Source of the DNA: an uncultured delta proteobacterium
GTDB lineage: Bacteria > Desulfobacterota > Desulfobacteria > Desulfobacterales > Desulfosarcinaceae
NCBI GenBank assembly: GCA_963705475.1
Contig: CAVPJS010000030.1
Span: 147,684-211,683, forward strand
DNA: 64,000 nt
Direction of reading: 5' to 3'
In this document: positions 17,371 through 26,756 of the stretch, piece by piece
How positions within the stretch are numbered: position 1 is the stretch's first letter
Layout of the letters: every line of letters starts with the position of its first letter
Notes under the pieces: model-generated
What the model saw: the letters and a program-made list of their open reading frames with translations, nothing else
The model's database searches: none
What the model was told of the DNA's origin: nothing
Translations under genes and position numbers: made by a program

Positions 17371-18414
17371 ATGAATGTGAGTATCTGCAAGCAGCGGCAG
17401 AAGCTTGCCGTTGATGTTGATGCGGTGTGCCGTCTCATCGCTGACACCCAGCTTCCCTCCGGTGAAATCCCCTGGTCTGCGGGAGGCAAGACCGACCCCT
17501 GGGATCATGTGGAGGCGGCCATGGGGCTGACGGTGGGGGGATATCTGGAGGAGGCCCGCAAGGCGTTTTCTTGGCTTTGCAGCATGCAACTGGCCGACGG
17601 CAGCTGGTTCGCCGCCTATCGCCGGGGCGTTCCCGAGGACCGGACCCGCGAAACCAACATGAGCGCATACATCGCCGTGGGGGTATTGCATTACTGGCTG
17701 ATCACCGGTGACCGCCATTTTCTCGAGTCCATGTGGGACACCGTCAGGCGAGCCATTGACTTTGCCGTCCGCCATCAGCGTGCCAACGGAGAGATCTGCT
17801 GGGCGATCAGCCCCCAGGGCAAGGTGGACCCCATGGCCCTGCTCACTGGATCCAGCTCCATCTACATGAGTCTGAAATGCGCCATGGCCATTGCCGACGA
17901 ACTGGGCTTGGCCGTCATCCCCTGGGCCGCTGCATATCGGCGTCTCGGTGAGGCGATCTGCCATCGACCATACCTGTTCAACATGACCAAATCCCGTTTT
18001 TCCATGGATTGGTTCTACCCGGTGCTGTGCGGTGCCGTTACCGGAGAAATGGCCGGTGGACGCATCAAGCGACAGTGGAAGAAATACGTGGTGGAAGGCC
18101 TGGGGGTTCGCTGCGTCTCCGACCAACCCTGGGTGACGGTCGCCGAAAGTTCCGAATTGGTACTGACCCTGTCGGCCATGGGAGATGCGGAAAAAGCGCT
18201 CATCATCTTCAATTGGCTGTCGGAACACGTATTTGATGACGGCTCCTTCTGGTGCGGATTCACCTTTCCGGACATGACCCGGTGGCCCGAAGAAAAAATC
18301 ACCTGGACCAATGCGGTGGTGCTGTTGGCTGCCGATGCGCTGTTCAACCTTACCCCCGGCGGACGGTTGTTCAGCCATGCCTGGTGGGCCGACGAAGCCG
18401 GACGCCCCGGTTGA
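17371..18414 (+). CDS. Hypothetical protein, possibly a prenyltransferase/squalene-cyclase-like alpha/alpha-toroid repeat protein
   Basis: 347 aa. It has repeated motifs such as QLPSGEIPWS, QLADGSWF and DDGSFW. Coding-like codon usage. Family assignment is tentative. Confidence 0.55.
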   Translation: MNVSICKQRQKLAVDVDAVCRLIADTQLPSGEIPWSAGGKTDPWDHVEAAMGLTVGGYLEEARKAFSWLCSMQLADGSWFAAYRRGVPEDRTRETNMSAYIAVGVLHYWLITGDRHFLESMWDTVRRAIDFAVRHQRANGEICWAISPQGKVDPMALLTGSSSIYMSLKCAMAIADELGLAVIPWAAAYRRLGEAICHRPYLFNMTKSRFSMDWFYPVLCGAVTGEMAGGRIKRQWKKYVVEGLGVRCVSDQPWVTVAESSELVLTLSAMGDAEKALIIFNWLSEHVFDDGSFWCGFTFPDMTRWPEEKITWTNAVVLLAADALFNLTPGGRLFSHAWWADEAGRPG

Positions 18415-18455
18415 CGGCCAGTTGCTCGGCACATGTATTGGGTTACGGATCCATC

Positions 18456-19175
18456 ATGATTAACGATCATCGCCCCTACGTAGTCAAAAAAGCATACCTG
18501 AAATTTCAGAGATTCTATGCCCGCCATTTTCTGGCCCCGCAACTCGAGCACCTGGGAAGAGGGTTCACCTTCATGCGGCCCTGGCATGTAGAACTGTTCG
18601 GTGCGCCGATCGCCATCGGACGATTCGCCACGGTCATCGCCACTCCGGACAAAAAAATCCGTCTGTCCGTATGGCCGGACCAAGCGGGCAAGGGCCACAT
18701 CACCATCGGCAACTACTGTCTGGTCTGCCCCGGCGTCAGGATCAGCAGCGCCGCCGGCATCACCATCGCCGACAACTGCATGATCGCCAACGGCGCCTAC
18801 CTAACCGATTCAGACTGGCACGGGATCTACGACCGCATCTCCTTTGGCAACGCCATGCCGGTGACCATCGAAAAAAATGCCTGGATCGGGGACAGTGCCA
18901 TCATTTGCAAAGGCGTGACCATCGGCGAGAACAGTATCGTGGGCGCCGGGGCCATCGTGGTGGACCCGGTTCCCGCCAACTGCGTGGCCGCCGGCAACCC
19001 GGCCCGCGTGGTCAAACAGCTGGACCCGGAAGAGTCCTTCACCACCCGCGCCGAATTTTACTCCGACCCCGCCAAACTCTCCCGGGAATTCATGGCCTGG
19101 GAGCAGGCCATGCTCAACGGCAACACCCTGTTTGGCTGGCTGCGCCACCTGCTGTTTCCCGCCAAAGGGGATTGA
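18456..19175 (+). CDS. Hexapeptide-repeat (left-handed beta-helix) acetyltransferase
   Basis: Trimmed to MINDHRPYVV. It has the hexapeptide region IGNYCLVCPGVRISSAAGITIADNCMIANGAYL...IGDSAIICKGVTIGENSIVGAGAIVV...AGNPARVV. Confidence 0.8.
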   Translation: MINDHRPYVVKKAYLKFQRFYARHFLAPQLEHLGRGFTFMRPWHVELFGAPIAIGRFATVIATPDKKIRLSVWPDQAGKGHITIGNYCLVCPGVRISSAAGITIADNCMIANGAYLTDSDWHGIYDRISFGNAMPVTIEKNAWIGDSAIICKGVTIGENSIVGAGAIVVDPVPANCVAAGNPARVVKQLDPEESFTTRAEFYSDPAKLSREFMAWEQAMLNGNTLFGWLRHLLFPAKGD

Positions 19176-19212
19176 AGCCAAATCGACTGACCGCCGACTT
19201 ATCTCATCCCGC

Positions 19213-19407
19213 TCAGGATGGCCCCCTGGGCACACCGGCAATGTGCGATCCCAATCCGGGACCGGCCATGAAGCCCTCCCGGTTGGTTTTCACCTCGATA
19301 TCCTTCCCCCTGCACCGGGGGCAGACAGGCGGAATGTCATCGCCTTTGAATGTCAGATGCGAAAATGGGTGGCCGCATGCGTTGCACCGGCACGCTGCTG
19401 TGGGCAT
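19213..19407 (-). CDS. Small zinc-ribbon protein (CxxC...CPxC)
   Basis: MPTAACRCNACGHPF...PPVCPRCRGKDIEV. It lies 22 nt downstream of the DsrE-like gene. Confidence 0.5.
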   Translation of the reverse strand: MPTAACRCNACGHPFSHLTFKGDDIPPVCPRCRGKDIEVKTNREGFMAGPGLGSHIAGVPRGPS

Positions 19408-19429
19408 GGTGATCGTCTCCGTTAATGGT

Positions 19430-19789
19430 CTACAGGCTGATAACCGCCGCGTCGCACGACATGTGGATCAGCTCGGCGGCCGTGGCCATTCGGGCACCGT
19501 CGATGAGCTCCTTCTCGTCGATATGGCGGGCTTTGGCGCAGGGTGTGCAGACCAGAATCGGTACCTCGTGAGCCTGAAGATAGGCGATGAGGTCGTCGGC
19601 CACATCCCCCGTCGCCGCCCGCAGGTGATCCGCAAGCCCTTGCTTGGCGATGTATACCCCTTCATCGAGCAGAAACAGTGTGGTTTGTTTGCCTTCCTTG
19701 TGGGCGATGGTGGCCAGATGGATCGCCCGGGTGGACCGGTTGGGGTTGTCGGTGCCGCAGGACAGGACAATGACGACGTGCGTTTTCAT
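19430..19789 (-). CDS. DsrE/DsrF-like sulfur-relay family protein
   Basis: Trimmed to MKTHVVIVLSCGTDNPNRSTRAIHLA, preceded by GGAG. Rossmann-like DsrE fold pattern with Cys in VCTPCAKAR. Confidence 0.7.
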   Translation of the reverse strand: MKTHVVIVLSCGTDNPNRSTRAIHLATIAHKEGKQTTLFLLDEGVYIAKQGLADHLRAATGDVADDLIAYLQAHEVPILVCTPCAKARHIDEKELIDGARMATAAELIHMSCDAAVISL

Positions 19790-19859
19790 GGTCGCTCCTT
19801 TTCTTTTTTGAGTGTGGACGTTGTTTGGTAAAGCCCCCGTGGCCGGCACTGGCGGAACC

Positions 19860-21014
19860 TCAACCCCCGGGTACCGATTTGTTGCGGGACGCGAAGGAGT
19901 GAAATCCGGCGAACAGCGATCCTCCCGCCAGCGCTACACCGGCGCTGAACAGGAAAAGGGGTGCGGTGCTGCCTGCGTCATAGAGGGCGCCGCTGATAAA
20001 AAAACCCACGGTGAGTCCGGCGCCATAGGTCACGGCATTGTTCAACGCCTGGCCCAGGGTTTTCTCCGATGCCGGCGCGAGCTGATCCACATAAAGAATA
20101 CCGGCCATGTGAAAGGCACCGTATGTGATTGCGTGGAGCAGCTGGCTGGCCAAAATCAGCATCGCCGACTGGGCGACGTACAACAGGCCCCAGCGCAACA
20201 CCGCCGCCGCAAAGGATACCGCCAAAATCCGTTTGAAGGAAAAACGGGCAAACAGCCGGGGTGAGTTGATCATCACCACCACTTCCGCCATGGACGCCAG
20301 GGCCCAACAGGCACCGATGAAGCTACCGCCGTGACCAAGCCGGGCCAGATGAATGGAAAAAAATCCATAGTAGGCCCCATGGCTCACCAGCATGAGAAAC
20401 GCACACAGCAGGAATATCAGGGTGTGGCCCGAGAACAGCCGGGCGGCATCATGGGGCTGCGCCTGCCGCTGTTTACGGATTCGGGGCATGCCGGTGGCTG
20501 TCATGGCCTGGGCGGTTGAAATGGACAGGGCCAGCGCAATGACGATACTCACGGTATACCGGTCGATCATCTTTCCTGAAACAAGCACCACGGCAATAAA
20601 GGCGATCGATCCCCAGACCCGGGTGCGGCCGTAGCGGTGTTTGGTCTTGCCCAGCACGTCCATGGCAAAGGCTTCGAGAAACGAGATAATCGGCGCGTAA
20701 AAGGCACCGTAGACAATGGTGAGGACCAGCATGAATCGAAAATCGGTGGTGAAGAGAAACAAAGCCCACAGGGCGGTACTGGCAAAACTGCACAGGATGT
20801 ATAGGGGACGGCGGATGGCCTTTCGATCCGCCAGGATGCCCCAGAAAATGGAAAACAGAATCAGCACGGCTGAACGAACGGCACTCAGGCTGCCGATCTG
20901 AAAACCGGTGAAGCCGAGGTTCAGGCAATAGAGGTTGAAGTAGGGCAGAAACACACCCATGGCTCCGAAATAAAGAAAATATTGGATTCTGATGGCGTTT
21001 TTTGCGCTGATCAT
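19860..21014 (-). CDS. MFS transporter (MFS_1_like / HcaT-like type)
   Basis: Trimmed to MISAKNAIRIQYFLYFGAMGVFLPYFNLY. About 12 hydrophobic segments. Confidence 0.8.
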   Translation of the reverse strand: MISAKNAIRIQYFLYFGAMGVFLPYFNLYCLNLGFTGFQIGSLSAVRSAVLILFSIFWGILADRKAIRRPLYILCSFASTALWALFLFTTDFRFMLVLTIVYGAFYAPIISFLEAFAMDVLGKTKHRYGRTRVWGSIAFIAVVLVSGKMIDRYTVSIVIALALSISTAQAMTATGMPRIRKQRQAQPHDAARLFSGHTLIFLLCAFLMLVSHGAYYGFFSIHLARLGHGGSFIGACWALASMAEVVVMINSPRLFARFSFKRILAVSFAAAVLRWGLLYVAQSAMLILASQLLHAITYGAFHMAGILYVDQLAPASEKTLGQALNNAVTYGAGLTVGFFISGALYDAGSTAPLFLFSAGVALAGGSLFAGFHSFASRNKSVPGG

Positions 21015-21252
21015 GGGCAAACCGCAAACATAGAAAATGACGTTATCGATGGCTCCGGCATCATATCCGTTTTGGTGGGAAAGGCAACGCCTTTCACCAT
21101 TAGCATGACCGAGAGAAAATGACCTGGCATACTGAAATGTTGACATAAATCGAAAATATGCGCATCATGTCACGTCATTGATGGTTGCCTGCCATCGTCC
21201 GGCCCCAAACAAGCAGATCCACCAAAAAATCGTTGCCGCCAAGGAGGAACAA

Positions 21253-22809
21253 ATGAAGCCTAAACCTAGAAATCCGATTTGGATTTCCCTGGTGATTCTC
21301 GGTCTCGCCTTGACCGGATGTGTTCAGTCCCAGATGGCTGGCTCCGCGGTTGCCCTCAATCCGAACAAGGCCATGATGGACAATCCGGTGGAGCTGGTCA
21401 ACCAGCTCAGCAGCGATATTTCCGAAGCACGCATGGCCCAGCTCAACATCCTCTCCCCCGAGGGATTCAAGCGGGCGGAGAAGGCTTTTTTCAGCGCCCA
21501 GGAGGATCTAGAAAAAGGCAATGAGATCGCCGAGATCCGCAAGGCCGTCATGGAATCGCGCGACTACCTTCAGAAAGCCGAGGAGATTGCCACGATTTCG
21601 CGAACGACCCTGGCCGAAACCCTCAAGGCACGTGAAATGGCCCGAAGTGCAGGGGCTGCCAAGTTCGAAAATGAATACCGTCGGGTGGAAAACGACTTTC
21701 TGGACCTGACCCGGGCCATTGAAAGGGATAATCTCAGCTATGCCCAGAACAACCGAAACAAGGTGATCGAGCGCTACCGGGAATTGGAAGTTCGCGCCAT
21801 CAAAGAGGATACCATCGGCGAAGTCCGTGCGCTCATCGCCCGGGCCGAGGCGGCCGATGCCCGGAAGATCGCGCCCCTCTCCTACGGCCTGGCCGTGGAT
21901 CAGATCAACGCGACCGACGCGTTCATCTCGGCCAATCCCTATGCCAAGGAAGAGATGCACGCCATGGCCCGGGAAGCCCTGTTTAAGGCCAACCGGCTGG
22001 TGGTGGTGACCGAGCAGAGCAACCGGATCAAGACCATGAAGCCGGAGGAGATCGTCCTGCTGGTGGAAAATTACCTGCACACCATATCTACCGCACTCGG
22101 AGCCCAGGATATGCGCGACCAGGCATACCAGACCCAACTGGACAATATCATCGGGTCGGTGAATTCCCTGAAAAGCGACCGCACGTTCATGTCCGAGAGG
22201 AATCAGGCGCTGCTGACGGAGATGGAAACTCTCAAGGCCGACGACCAGGCCCAGATCGACGCCCTCAATGTGCGCGTGGCCACGCTGGAAGGCAAGACCC
22301 GGGAAGACCAAATGGCCAAGGAGCGCATGGCCAGGGAACGCATGGCCGCAGAGCAGCGCCTGGCCGCGGAGAGGAAGTTCAGCCAGCTCTACGTGGCTGT
22401 CCAGGATTATTTCGACAAGAATGAAGCCGAGGTCTACAAACAGGAAAACCAGCTGGTGCTCAGGCTCAAGGCCATGCGTTTCCCCGTGGGAAAAAGCATC
22501 ATCATGCCGGAGAACTACGCCCTGTTGAGCAAGGTGCAAAAGGCCATCCGAACCTTCGATGATCCGCGGGTGATCGTAGAAGGGCACACGGACACCACCG
22601 GTTCCGATGAAGTCAACATGCTGCTTTCCCAGCAGCGGGCCGACGCCGTCCGCGAATACATGATCGCCAATCAGACGCTGCCTCCGGCCAACGTTTCCGC
22701 CGTGGGCTACGGCTCCGAGCGCCCCCTGGCCTCCAATGCCACGTCTGCGGGCCGGGCCATCAATCGCCGTATCGACATCCTGATCATCCCTGAGGCAAAA
22801 CCCATATGA
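21253..22809 (+). CDS. OmpA-family lipoprotein with a long coiled-coil region
   Basis: AAGGAGG RBS. Lipobox LALTGC. The C-terminal OmpA_C-like region is VEGHTDTTGSDEVNMLLSQQRADAVREYM...NRRIDILI. Confidence 0.85.
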   Translation: MKPKPRNPIWISLVILGLALTGCVQSQMAGSAVALNPNKAMMDNPVELVNQLSSDISEARMAQLNILSPEGFKRAEKAFFSAQEDLEKGNEIAEIRKAVMESRDYLQKAEEIATISRTTLAETLKAREMARSAGAAKFENEYRRVENDFLDLTRAIERDNLSYAQNNRNKVIERYRELEVRAIKEDTIGEVRALIARAEAADARKIAPLSYGLAVDQINATDAFISANPYAKEEMHAMAREALFKANRLVVVTEQSNRIKTMKPEEIVLLVENYLHTISTALGAQDMRDQAYQTQLDNIIGSVNSLKSDRTFMSERNQALLTEMETLKADDQAQIDALNVRVATLEGKTREDQMAKERMARERMAAEQRLAAERKFSQLYVAVQDYFDKNEAEVYKQENQLVLRLKAMRFPVGKSIIMPENYALLSKVQKAIRTFDDPRVIVEGHTDTTGSDEVNMLLSQQRADAVREYMIANQTLPPANVSAVGYGSERPLASNATSAGRAINRRIDILIIPEAKPI

Positions 22810-22863
22810 TCGGCCGATGTATGAATTCACCAGATCACCAATCCACCAACCCAAGGAGGTTTC

Positions 22864-23310
22864 ATGAAAAAAGTACTGATCGCCTATGTCAGCCGGACGG
22901 GCAAGACCGAAGCCATGGCCAACTATATCGCCGAGGGTCTCCGAATCTGCGGACAGGAAGTCGACGTCAAGAAGATCGCAGCCATTGAAAATGAAAACGG
23001 CGTCGTCGGTTACGACGGCTATGTGTTCGGCTGCCCCACCTATCACAAGGACATCACCAGTGGAATGAAACAGTTCCTCTTCAAGGCCGAAAAAGCCAAC
23101 CTGACGGGCAAGATCGGCGGTGCTTTCGGTTCCCACACCCACAGCGGTGAGAGTGCACCCATGATCTTCGACACCATGCAGCACGTATTCAAGATGGACA
23201 TGACCGACCTGGGGCCCCTGAACCTCACGGAAGCCATGGTTGGCAGCGGCCAAGGATTGAAGGCCTGCCAGGATTACGGCAAGGCGCTGGGCGAAAAACT
23301 CGGCGCATAA
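22864..23310 (+). CDS. Flavodoxin
   Basis: 148 aa starting MKKVLIAYVSRTGKTEAMA (FMN phosphate-binding T/S-x-T-G-x-T). AAGGAGG RBS. Confidence 0.85.
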   Translation: MKKVLIAYVSRTGKTEAMANYIAEGLRICGQEVDVKKIAAIENENGVVGYDGYVFGCPTYHKDITSGMKQFLFKAEKANLTGKIGGAFGSHTHSGESAPMIFDTMQHVFKMDMTDLGPLNLTEAMVGSGQGLKACQDYGKALGEKLGA

Positions 23311-23397
23311 ACCGGTCGACCGCAGCAGCGGCCGGTCGCCGGTTGATGCCGTGACCGGCCGCTTGGGCGTGGGAAAACGATTTTAGGAGGACGCCGG

Positions 23398-25377
23398 GTG
23401 AAGGATCGGATTGGCGTATTCATCTGCGAGTGCGGACCGAATATCCAGAATGCCATGGACATCCCGCAGCTGGTGCGCTTTGCCGGACAGTTGGAGGCCG
23501 TCGTGCTTGCCGAGCCGGTCGGAATGCTGTGCACGACGGATGGTCGAAAACGAACGGCCGACACCATACGACACAGCCACATCACCCATGTCGTGTTCGC
23601 CGGCTGCTCACCCCGTGAACACGAACAGACCTTTCGGCGCGTGCTCGAAGACGCCGGATGCAACCCGTTCATGATGCAGGCCGTCAACCTGCGGGAGCAG
23701 TGCGCCTGGGTGATCCATGACCGCGATCAGGCCACCCGCAAGGCCAAAGGGCTGATTCGCGCAGCGGTGCAGCGCGTAAGACATCACACCCCGATCACGA
23801 TCAGAGAGATCGACTGCCGGCCCGATGTTCTCGTGATTGGCGCCGGTGTAGCCGGCATCAGTGCGGCGCGCACCCTCAGTCAGCACGGCCGGCGGGTATT
23901 TTTGGTGGAGCGTTCCACATGCGTTGGCGGCATGGCAGCCCTGTATGAAGACCTCTACCCGGATTTCACCTGCGCCGCCTGTCTGATCGAGCCGGATCTT
24001 GACGACCTCCTTCATGACGAGCGGATCGAGGTGATGACCGCGAGCGAGGTGCTGTCGGTTCGTGGCATCCCCGGCAACTTCACGATCACGGTGAAACAGG
24101 CGGCCCGCCATGTCGATCCCCACCGGTGCATCGGCTGCGCGGCCTGCATCGAGGCTTGCCCGGTCACGGTCCCCAATGCGTTCAATGCCCGCATGGACAC
24201 CCGGCATGCGGTCTACATTCCCTACCCTGGCGCCCTGCCGCATGTAGCAGCAATCGACAAATCGAACTGCCTGCACTTCAAGGGGGAAACGTGCCGGGCG
24301 TGCAAGGACGCCTGCCCGTTTGACGCCGTCGACTATGCGGCCGTCGAGACCGTGCGCAACCTTGAGGTGGGGGCAGTGGTGGTCGCCACCGGTTTTAAGG
24401 GGTTCGATCCCAGCCGCAGCGCCCGGTACGGCTTCGGCGCGGCGGATGGCGTCATCACCGCATTCGCCTTTGAGCGGCTGGTGAATACCACCGGTCCCAC
24501 CGGCGGTAAAATCATGACGACCGGCGGCCAAGCACCGGATACGGTGGCGTTCGTGCACTGCGTCGGCTCACGCACCGGGGCGTTCAACCGATTCTGTTCC
24601 GGTGTCTGCTGCCTGTATGCATTCAAGCAGGCCCAACAGGTCAGAAAACAACTGCCCGAGGCCGCCATTCATCATTTCTATGCCGATCTCTGTCTACCCG
24701 GCAAGAACGCCCAGCGTTTTTTCGACCAGGTCCGCGCAATGGCCGGTGTGAGCCTGCACCGGATCGCTCACCCCGACGCCATTCAAATCGGTACCGAAAA
24801 CGGCCGGACAATCGTTCGGGGCACCGATGCGTCGGGGGCCGTTCAGCAGGTTGACGCCCAGTTGGTTGTCCTGGCCACGGCCATGGAAGCCCCCGCAGAC
24901 ACGCCGCAGATGGATCGGGTCCTCGAGATCGGGTTAGACGATGACGGCTTTTTCAAAGAAGCCCACGCCGTTGTTGATTCGGTGGCTGCGGCCCGGGAGG
25001 GATTTTACCTCGCCGGCTGCTGCCAGGGGCCCAAAGACATCGCCGCCTCCGTGGGCCAGGGCCAGGCGGCCGCCGGCAGGATTTTGCAGAAATTGATTCC
25101 CGGCGGGAAAATTGCCTTGAACCCCATCGTTGCCCGGGTGGATCCGGATCTTTGCTCCGGGTGCCGGACCTGCGAGGCCCTCTGCCCCTTCGGGGCCCTG
25201 GCCAGGAATGAAAGAGATGCCTGCATGACCATCGAAGAGACATTGTGCCGTGGCTGCGGGATCTGTGCCGCCGCCTGTCCTAGCAGTGCCATACGTGTAT
25301 CGCATTATTCCGCTGACGCCGTTTACGCGGAGATCGACGGCCTGTTGAAACCCAATGCGGAAATTGACAGGCCATGA
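23398..25377 (+). CDS. hdrA: Heterodisulfide reductase subunit A-like flavoprotein (HdrA)
   Basis: GTG start 7 nt after AGGAGG. FAD motif VLVIGAGVAGISAA. Also VHCVGSR, plus two CxxCxxCxxxCP ferredoxin motifs and N-terminal Cys. Confidence 0.9.
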   Translation: MKDRIGVFICECGPNIQNAMDIPQLVRFAGQLEAVVLAEPVGMLCTTDGRKRTADTIRHSHITHVVFAGCSPREHEQTFRRVLEDAGCNPFMMQAVNLREQCAWVIHDRDQATRKAKGLIRAAVQRVRHHTPITIREIDCRPDVLVIGAGVAGISAARTLSQHGRRVFLVERSTCVGGMAALYEDLYPDFTCAACLIEPDLDDLLHDERIEVMTASEVLSVRGIPGNFTITVKQAARHVDPHRCIGCAACIEACPVTVPNAFNARMDTRHAVYIPYPGALPHVAAIDKSNCLHFKGETCRACKDACPFDAVDYAAVETVRNLEVGAVVVATGFKGFDPSRSARYGFGAADGVITAFAFERLVNTTGPTGGKIMTTGGQAPDTVAFVHCVGSRTGAFNRFCSGVCCLYAFKQAQQVRKQLPEAAIHHFYADLCLPGKNAQRFFDQVRAMAGVSLHRIAHPDAIQIGTENGRTIVRGTDASGAVQQVDAQLVVLATAMEAPADTPQMDRVLEIGLDDDGFFKEAHAVVDSVAAAREGFYLAGCCQGPKDIAASVGQGQAAAGRILQKLIPGGKIALNPIVARVDPDLCSGCRTCEALCPFGALARNERDACMTIEETLCRGCGICAAACPSSAIRVSHYSADAVYAEIDGLLKPNAEIDRP

Positions 25378-25799
25378 CCGCCTTTGAGCCCAAGATCCTT
25401 GCCCTGCTGTGCAACTGGTGCGCTTACGATGGTGCCGATGCGGCCGGCAGGGCCCGGCTTGCGCTGCCGACGCAGGTTCGCGAAGTCCGCGTCATGTGCA
25501 GCGGCCAGGTCAGCCCCGCTATGGTCCTCAAGGCCTATGAAACCGGGGCGGACGGCGTGATCGTGATGGGCTGCCAACCCGGGGATTGCCACTACAAGGA
25601 AGGCAACTTCCACGCCCTGAAACGCATCGTGCTGCTGCGTTCGGTGCTCAAGACCACGGCAATCCACCCGCAGCGGCTGCAGGTGAACTGGGTTTCCGCC
25701 GGGCAGGGACACCGCTATGCCCGGGTGGTCAATGACATGGTAAGAACGATCCGGGCACTGGGGCCATTAGCCGCCGGCCATTCCCCGGACGGATGCTGA
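25374..25799 (+). CDS. mvhD: Methyl-viologen-reducing hydrogenase delta subunit (MvhD/FlpD)
   Basis: KILALLCNWCAYDGADAAG...VMCSGQVSP...GADGVIVMGCQPGDCHY. ATGA overlap with hdrA. Confidence 0.9.
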   Translation: MTAFEPKILALLCNWCAYDGADAAGRARLALPTQVREVRVMCSGQVSPAMVLKAYETGADGVIVMGCQPGDCHYKEGNFHALKRIVLLRSVLKTTAIHPQRLQVNWVSAGQGHRYARVVNDMVRTIRALGPLAAGHSPDGC

Positions 25800-26756
25800 A
25801 TGGAAAATAGACCGAAAATCGCCCTGTATTGGTGCGCGGGTTGCGGTGGCTGTGAAGAGTCGGTCATCGACCTGGCCGAAGAACTGCTGGCCGTTGCTGA
25901 AAAAGCGGAGATCGTCTTCTGGCCCGTTGCCCTGGATGCCCGTTATCGCGATGTGGCAGCCATGGCTGATGCTGAAATTGACGTGACGTTCATCAACGGC
26001 GCCATTCGCCTGGACGACCATGTTCGCATGGTGCGGCTGCTGCGCAGGAAATCCAAGCGCCTCATCGCCCACGGCAGCTGTGCTCACATGGGCGGGGTGA
26101 TCGGCCTGGCCAACCGCTTCACCGCCCGGCAACTGCTGGAATGCGCCTACCGGCAGGCACCCAGTATGGCGGACTCCTCAGGGGCGCTTCCCGGTGGCGC
26201 TGAAGTAGAGCCCCCATTGCCAGAACTGCTGCCGTCGGTGAGGGCCCTCGATCAGGTGGTAAAAGTGGATGCGATCATTCCGGGGTGCCCGCCGCCACCG
26301 GCGACCATGGCACGGGTGATCGATGCGGCCATCCACGGGCGGCTGCCGGCGGAGAAAACCGTCTTTGCCCATCGCAAGACCCTTTGCCATGAGTGCCCGC
26401 GCCTGGATTCCAGACCGGAAAAAATCGAAATTACCCGCTTCAAGCGGCTTCACCAAACCCGTTGGGATCCGGATGTATGCTTTTTACCCCAGGGGCTGAT
26501 CTGCCTGGGACCGGTTACGCGGGGCGGCTGTGAATCCCGGTGCATCGGCGCCAACATGCCCTGCCGGGGCTGTTTTGGCCCCACGGAGCGGGTGGATGAC
26601 TTCGGCGCCGCTGCCGTTGCCTGTATTGCCGCCATGCTGGGTGGAGCGGACGAAGCTGCGCTGGCGCAAGTGGTGGACAGCATCGCCGATCCCGCCGGCT
26701 TGTTCTACCGATATTGCCTGGCCACATCGGTTCTCGGCAAAGGGCGGACCCCATGA
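25800..26756 (+). CDS. mvhG: F420-non-reducing [NiFe] hydrogenase small subunit (MvhG-like)
   Basis: IALYWCAGCGGCEESVIDL at the N-terminus and C-terminal Cys clusters. No Tat signal. Confidence 0.85.
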   Translation: MENRPKIALYWCAGCGGCEESVIDLAEELLAVAEKAEIVFWPVALDARYRDVAAMADAEIDVTFINGAIRLDDHVRMVRLLRRKSKRLIAHGSCAHMGGVIGLANRFTARQLLECAYRQAPSMADSSGALPGGAEVEPPLPELLPSVRALDQVVKVDAIIPGCPPPPATMARVIDAAIHGRLPAEKTVFAHRKTLCHECPRLDSRPEKIEITRFKRLHQTRWDPDVCFLPQGLICLGPVTRGGCESRCIGANMPCRGCFGPTERVDDFGAAAVACIAAMLGGADEAALAQVVDSIADPAGLFYRYCLATSVLGKGRTP